DNA of 61,775 bases, filler included. It is 5 parts of 5 records of this genome, joined end to end, with 100 filler letters (N's around TTAATTAATTAA, not from the genome) between each part and the next. Parts side by side here need not be neighbours in the genome. Positions count along the whole stretch, not along the records: positions 56,041 to 61,775 come from SRR31156797_1937; 4 more parts are not named here. One strand, given 5' to 3'. Every line of letters begins with the position of its first letter. Within the stretch, counting starts at the first letter, position 1. The notes under the pieces were generated by a model. That model ran no database searches. It was not told the DNA's origin and was given only the letters and a program-made list of their open reading frames with translations. The translations under genes and the position numbers were made by a program. Of this stretch, positions 57,881 through 61,775 are shown in pieces.

Positions 57881-58585
57881 ATGAACAGAGATTTGCACAC
57901 AACTACACTTGCTGATCAAGTAGAAGAAAAAATCATTGAATACATAAAGGAAAATAAGCTAGTGCCGGGGGACTCACTCCCGAATGAAATGCAATTTTCT
58001 GAATCGCTTGGGATTAGCAGGAATGTTGTGCGTGAAGCTATGAGCAGGCTTCGTATGCTGGGCTTAATTCAATCTCGGACCAAAAGAGGTATTGTTATTA
58101 CAGAGCCTCCTTTATTAAATGGTTTTAGAAAAGTTCTTGACCCAAATCTGCTTAGTATTAAAACAATTAAAGAAATGATGGGCATGCGAATTGCTTTGGA
58201 AATTGGTATTGCCGAGTTCTTGTTTGCAAATATTACTCCTCAGAATGTTTCTGAACTGGAAAATATTGTTTCCCGTCAGCAAGCCATTGGTATTAATAAT
58301 TTATCTGTAGAAGATGAGATGATTTTCCATGCAAAAATTTATGAAATTGCCGGGAATGATTTTATTCTTCAGTTTAATAAAATAATGCACCCGGTATTTG
58401 AATTTTCTAAACAGAATTATGAAAGCTATTTTTTACCTATAAACAGGAAATTGGATCAAAATGGAGAAATAGTCAGGCATATGGATCTTCTGGAACACAT
58501 CAAAAAAAATAATATAGAAGGATATCGTAGGGCAATAAAAATGCACTTAAAGCCTTATTGGGAATTTTTGAACAATTACGACTAA
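57881..58585 (+). CDS. FadR/GntR family transcriptional regulator
   Basis: PGDSLPNE, ISRNVVREA, FCD domain FHAKIYEIAGN. Confidence 0.94.
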   Translation: MNRDLHTTTLADQVEEKIIEYIKENKLVPGDSLPNEMQFSESLGISRNVVREAMSRLRMLGLIQSRTKRGIVITEPPLLNGFRKVLDPNLLSIKTIKEMMGMRIALEIGIAEFLFANITPQNVSELENIVSRQQAIGINNLSVEDEMIFHAKIYEIAGNDFILQFNKIMHPVFEFSKQNYESYFLPINRKLDQNGEIVRHMDLLEHIKKNNIEGYRRAIKMHLKPYWEFLNNYD

Positions 58586-58593
58586 TTTAACAT

Positions 58594-59499
58594 ATGAAAA
58601 TTAATAAGCTAAAAGGACTAATTGCTGCGCCGTTTACACCAATGAACGAAGACGGGTCGATTAACCCAACAGTTATTGGCAAATATGCAGAAAAGCTAAA
58701 AAAGGACGGGCTAAAAGGCGTTTTTATTTGTGGCACTACTGGCGAGGGAATGTTAATGACCAATGGTGAGAGAAAAACAATTACTGAAAAATGGATAGAA
58801 GAACAAACCGATGATTTTAAGGTAATTGTCCATGTAGGGACAACATCGGCAAAACAATCGAACGAACTGGCAGAACATGCCCAAAGTTCGGGTGCTTTTG
58901 CTATCGGCAGCATGGGGCCGGTTTTTCTGAAACCTTCTCGTGCCAAAGAACTTGTTGATTTTTGTGCTGAAGTGGCAGCAGGAGCTCCCGATTTGCCATT
59001 TTACTATTATCACATCCCTTCGGTATCGGGAATTGACCTTTCGATGGTTGACTTTCTAAAGGAAGCAGCCCCGCGTATCCCTAACCTTACCGGAATAAAA
59101 TTCACCCACAATAATTTTATGGAAATGCAACAATGCCTCCAGCTTGATAACGGAAAGTGGGATATCCTGCATGGTTTTGATGAGGTATTGCTTGCCGGTC
59201 TTGCCTTTGGAGCCAAGGGGGCTGTAGGCAGTACATATAATTTTATGGATCCTCTCTATAATCAAATAATACAGGACTTTCAAGAAGGAAATATTGAAAA
59301 GGCAAGGGAAAAGCAGGTTAAAACAGTAGAAGTAATTAATATCCTGTTAAAGTATAATGGGGCAATTGTGGCAGGAAAAGCATTGATGAAATCATTTGGA
59401 ATTGACTGTGGATTTTGTCGGGCACCATTGAAAAACTTGTCAGAAGAAAATTATAATAATTTGATAAATGATTTTAAAAGAGTGTTCTTTTTAAACTAA
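58594..59499 (+). CDS. nanA: N-acetylneuraminate lyase-like (DapA family)
   Basis: GTTGEG, YYYHIP, GIKFT (Schiff-base Lys), GFDE, GSTYN. Confidence 0.75.
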   Translation: MKINKLKGLIAAPFTPMNEDGSINPTVIGKYAEKLKKDGLKGVFICGTTGEGMLMTNGERKTITEKWIEEQTDDFKVIVHVGTTSAKQSNELAEHAQSSGAFAIGSMGPVFLKPSRAKELVDFCAEVAAGAPDLPFYYYHIPSVSGIDLSMVDFLKEAAPRIPNLTGIKFTHNNFMEMQQCLQLDNGKWDILHGFDEVLLAGLAFGAKGAVGSTYNFMDPLYNQIIQDFQEGNIEKAREKQVKTVEVINILLKYNGAIVAGKALMKSFGIDCGFCRAPLKNLSEENYNNLINDFKRVFFLN

Positions 59500-59674
59500 G
59501 GATCAGTATTTTATAGTTGTAGTCTGGTTGTAAACAAGTCGTGTGTGGCAACTGCAGAACCTGTAAAGCAACATGTTACAAAAATGTATAAACAACGATT
59601 TATTATAGAATATTAGTTTTTTATAAAACATTGATTTCTATCGGTATAAGAATATAGGATATAATAACCGAAAT

Positions 59675-60325
59675 TTGGTTACTGTCTTAAGTTTTATATC
59701 TAGCGACTACAATCCAGAACTTATTGGAGTGAAGAAAAGTAGCAATATATGGGAAGATTTTAAAAAGGGTGAGAAGTATGCTCTTTCCCATATCTATTAT
59801 CAAAATATTCAATTATTATATCGATATGGCAGAAAATTTTCATCAGACAATGAGTTAATTAAAGACACAATACAAGATTTATTCTTTGATTTAATAAAAT
59901 CGCGAAACAATCTTGGGGAGACAGACAATATTGCTTTTTATTTGATGGCCTCGTTTCGGAGAAAACTGCTACGAAACTTTAAAAAGAATTCATTTATAGA
60001 AAGTACGGAAGAAATCAATTATTTAGAAGCTCAAATTATTTATTCAGCAGAACAGGAATTGATCGGAAGGGAAGAGTTATCGCGCAAAGAAAAGATTTTG
60101 CAGAAAGCACTAAATGAATTAAGCTCAAAGCAGCGTGAAATACTGTTTTATCGTTATACATGTGATTTTGAATACGATCAAATTTGTGAAATCATGTCTC
60201 TCAAATATGATTCAGCAAGGAAACAGGTGCACAGATCCTTGCAAGCATTAAAAAAGATTCTGCCAGAAAAGGACATTATTCTATTTTTATTCTTTTCAAA
60301 TAAACCGTTGTTGAAAAAAATATAA
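59675..60325 (+). CDS. ECF RNA polymerase sigma-70 factor
   Basis: KDTIQDLF, LSSKQREIL, YDQICEIM; start may be GTG at 59729; followed by FecR. Confidence 0.92.
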   Translation: MVTVLSFISSDYNPELIGVKKSSNIWEDFKKGEKYALSHIYYQNIQLLYRYGRKFSSDNELIKDTIQDLFFDLIKSRNNLGETDNIAFYLMASFRRKLLRNFKKNSFIESTEEINYLEAQIIYSAEQELIGREELSRKEKILQKALNELSSKQREILFYRYTCDFEYDQICEIMSLKYDSARKQVHRSLQALKKILPEKDIILFLFFSNKPLLKKI

Positions 60326-60451
60326 TAATAACTTGCTGATATACAGCATGCATCCTGTGTTTTCTTAAAAAAAAAGTGGATAAACAATCTTTTTTGTCCA
60401 CAAAACAAAGTTGATGGTCTTTCTATATATAAACAAACTAAAGTTTTACTG

Positions 60452-61684
60452 GTGGATAATAAGTATTTAACATATACTTTAGATGAATTATTAGAAGATA
60501 AAAAGTTCATTGCATGGGTCTTAAAAGGTTCATACGAAAATGAGTGGGCGTATCTTCTTTCTAAAAATCCGAATCTCAATAATAAGGTATATAAAGCTCG
60601 TGAAATCATTCTCTTGTTGCGTGACACCTACGAGGTGATGGAAGAAAATGAAGTTCTTGAACTCTGGAAGCATGTCGAACAGTTTGATTCATTGCATCAT
60701 AAAAGAGTCAGAGGCATGAAAATTCGCAAGGCTGTTTCGTGGGCCGCAATTGTCGTTTCCCTAATTATGCTGGGAGGATTGACCTATCTTTACCTGAACA
60801 ATCAAAATGCAGAGTATCGTTTTAACGAAAATACAGTTCACTCAGGAACAAAGGATACGAAACTAATTTTATACACAGGAGAAGAGATTAAGTTAAAAGA
60901 GGGGCACTCTAAGATTTCAATTACCGAAAACGATGAATTACGCATTAATAATGATAGCGTGATCAACCTACAGGAAAAAATTAAGCGAGGAAAAGTACCT
61001 GTCGACATGAACGAAATAGTTGTCCCTTTCGGTAAAAACTCAGAATTGCTTTTGGTTGATGGTACAAAGGTGTGGCTAAATGCAGGTAGTAAATTGGCGT
61101 TTCCTTCTAAATTTAATGAAAAAATTCGCAAGGTTCACCTGGAGGGTGAAGCGTATTTTGAAGTGGTTCATAAGGCAGGACAACCGTTTATCGTTAATAC
61201 TTCTGATCTGAGTGTTGAGGTCTTGGGGACACGTTTTGACATTGCTGCTTATCCAAACGATAAAAAGATTCAAACCGTACTTATCGAAGGAAGTGTTTTA
61301 ATTAGAAAAGAATCAATATTTGGATTGGGAAAAAAAGAAGTCATGTTGAAGCCCAATCAAAAAGCTGATTTCAGTAAATTAAGTAAAGAAATAAGTGTGA
61401 CAAATGAACCTAATGCCGACTTTTTCATTGCATGGAAAGATGGATGGTTCAGCTTTACACAACAAAACCTAAAAGATATTTTTGCCAAACTGGAAAGGTA
61501 TTACAATGTAAAATTTGTATTTGAGGAAACTACATTATTTGATGAATTAATATCGGGAAAACTGGATCTGAAAGATTCATTGGAAGATGTTATGAAAGCA
61601 TTGGCCGATGTCGCACAAATAGAATATAAAATCAAAGATAAGCAAGTATTCATAGTACTAGAAAAAAAGAAATTCTCAGAATGA
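60452..61684 (+). CDS. FecR family anti-sigma factor
   Basis: DGTKVWLNAGS, LEGEAYFEV, VLGTRF, LERYYNV. Confidence 0.95.
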   Translation: MDNKYLTYTLDELLEDKKFIAWVLKGSYENEWAYLLSKNPNLNNKVYKAREIILLLRDTYEVMEENEVLELWKHVEQFDSLHHKRVRGMKIRKAVSWAAIVVSLIMLGGLTYLYLNNQNAEYRFNENTVHSGTKDTKLILYTGEEIKLKEGHSKISITENDELRINNDSVINLQEKIKRGKVPVDMNEIVVPFGKNSELLLVDGTKVWLNAGSKLAFPSKFNEKIRKVHLEGEAYFEVVHKAGQPFIVNTSDLSVEVLGTRFDIAAYPNDKKIQTVLIEGSVLIRKESIFGLGKKEVMLKPNQKADFSKLSKEISVTNEPNADFFIAWKDGWFSFTQQNLKDIFAKLERYYNVKFVFEETTLFDELISGKLDLKDSLEDVMKALADVAQIEYKIKDKQVFIVLEKKKFSE

Positions 61685-61691
61685 TAAAAAA

Positions 61692-61725
61692 GAAAACCGG
61701 ATAGCGGGCAGGCTTTCCGGTTTTC
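61692..61725 (+). promoter_or_regulatory. Hairpin between fecR and a probable downstream susC (ATG at 61771)
   Basis: GAAAACCGGA...TCCGGTTTTC inverted repeat. Confidence 0.55.
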
Positions 61726-61775
61726 AAAACTAAATTAAATAAAATTATTTAATCTAAACATTTCAAAATTATGAA

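Overview
The window joins five unrelated contigs through artificial 100-nt linkers (N44-TTAATTAATTAA-N44 at 16089-16188, 32138-32237, 47816-47915 and 55941-56040), so gene neighbourhoods mean something only within a contig. Contig 1 (1-16088, GC-rich, Spirochaetia-like): a hybrid kinase, asnA, a decayed group II intron RT fragment, an AT-richer block (DeoR, AfuABC-like ABC transporter, PP2C-like protein, phosphohexomutase) and an AraC-linked sugar ABC/dehydrogenase operon. Contig 2 (16189-32137, Desulfobacterota-like): DUF4198 behind a structured attenuator leader, YdbL-like and YdbH/AsmA-like proteins, a DUF62 SAM hydrolase, an HNH protein, a PocR-PAS kinase, a long HPr, a P1 peptidase and a CAP-domain protein. 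Contig 3 (32238-47815, Bacteroidota): ftsK-lolA, cobT-[four-helix-bundle gene flanked by inverted heptamer repeats]-cobS-cobC-cobU, susCD and Na+-pumping decarboxylase genes. Contig 4 (47916-55940, Bacteroidota): a DUF6261-like gene preceded by a non-coding array of seven palindromic motifs at 41-42 bp period (top candidate for an undescribed system), a CPBP gene between ~165-bp direct repeats, hypD with its activase, a 58-aa wHTH gene missed by the ORF track, and an SprB-repeat protein. Contig 5 (56041-61775, Bacteroidota): GH106, FadR, nanA-like lyase, ECF sigma and FecR. Taxonomic and family calls come from motif recognition, not database searches.
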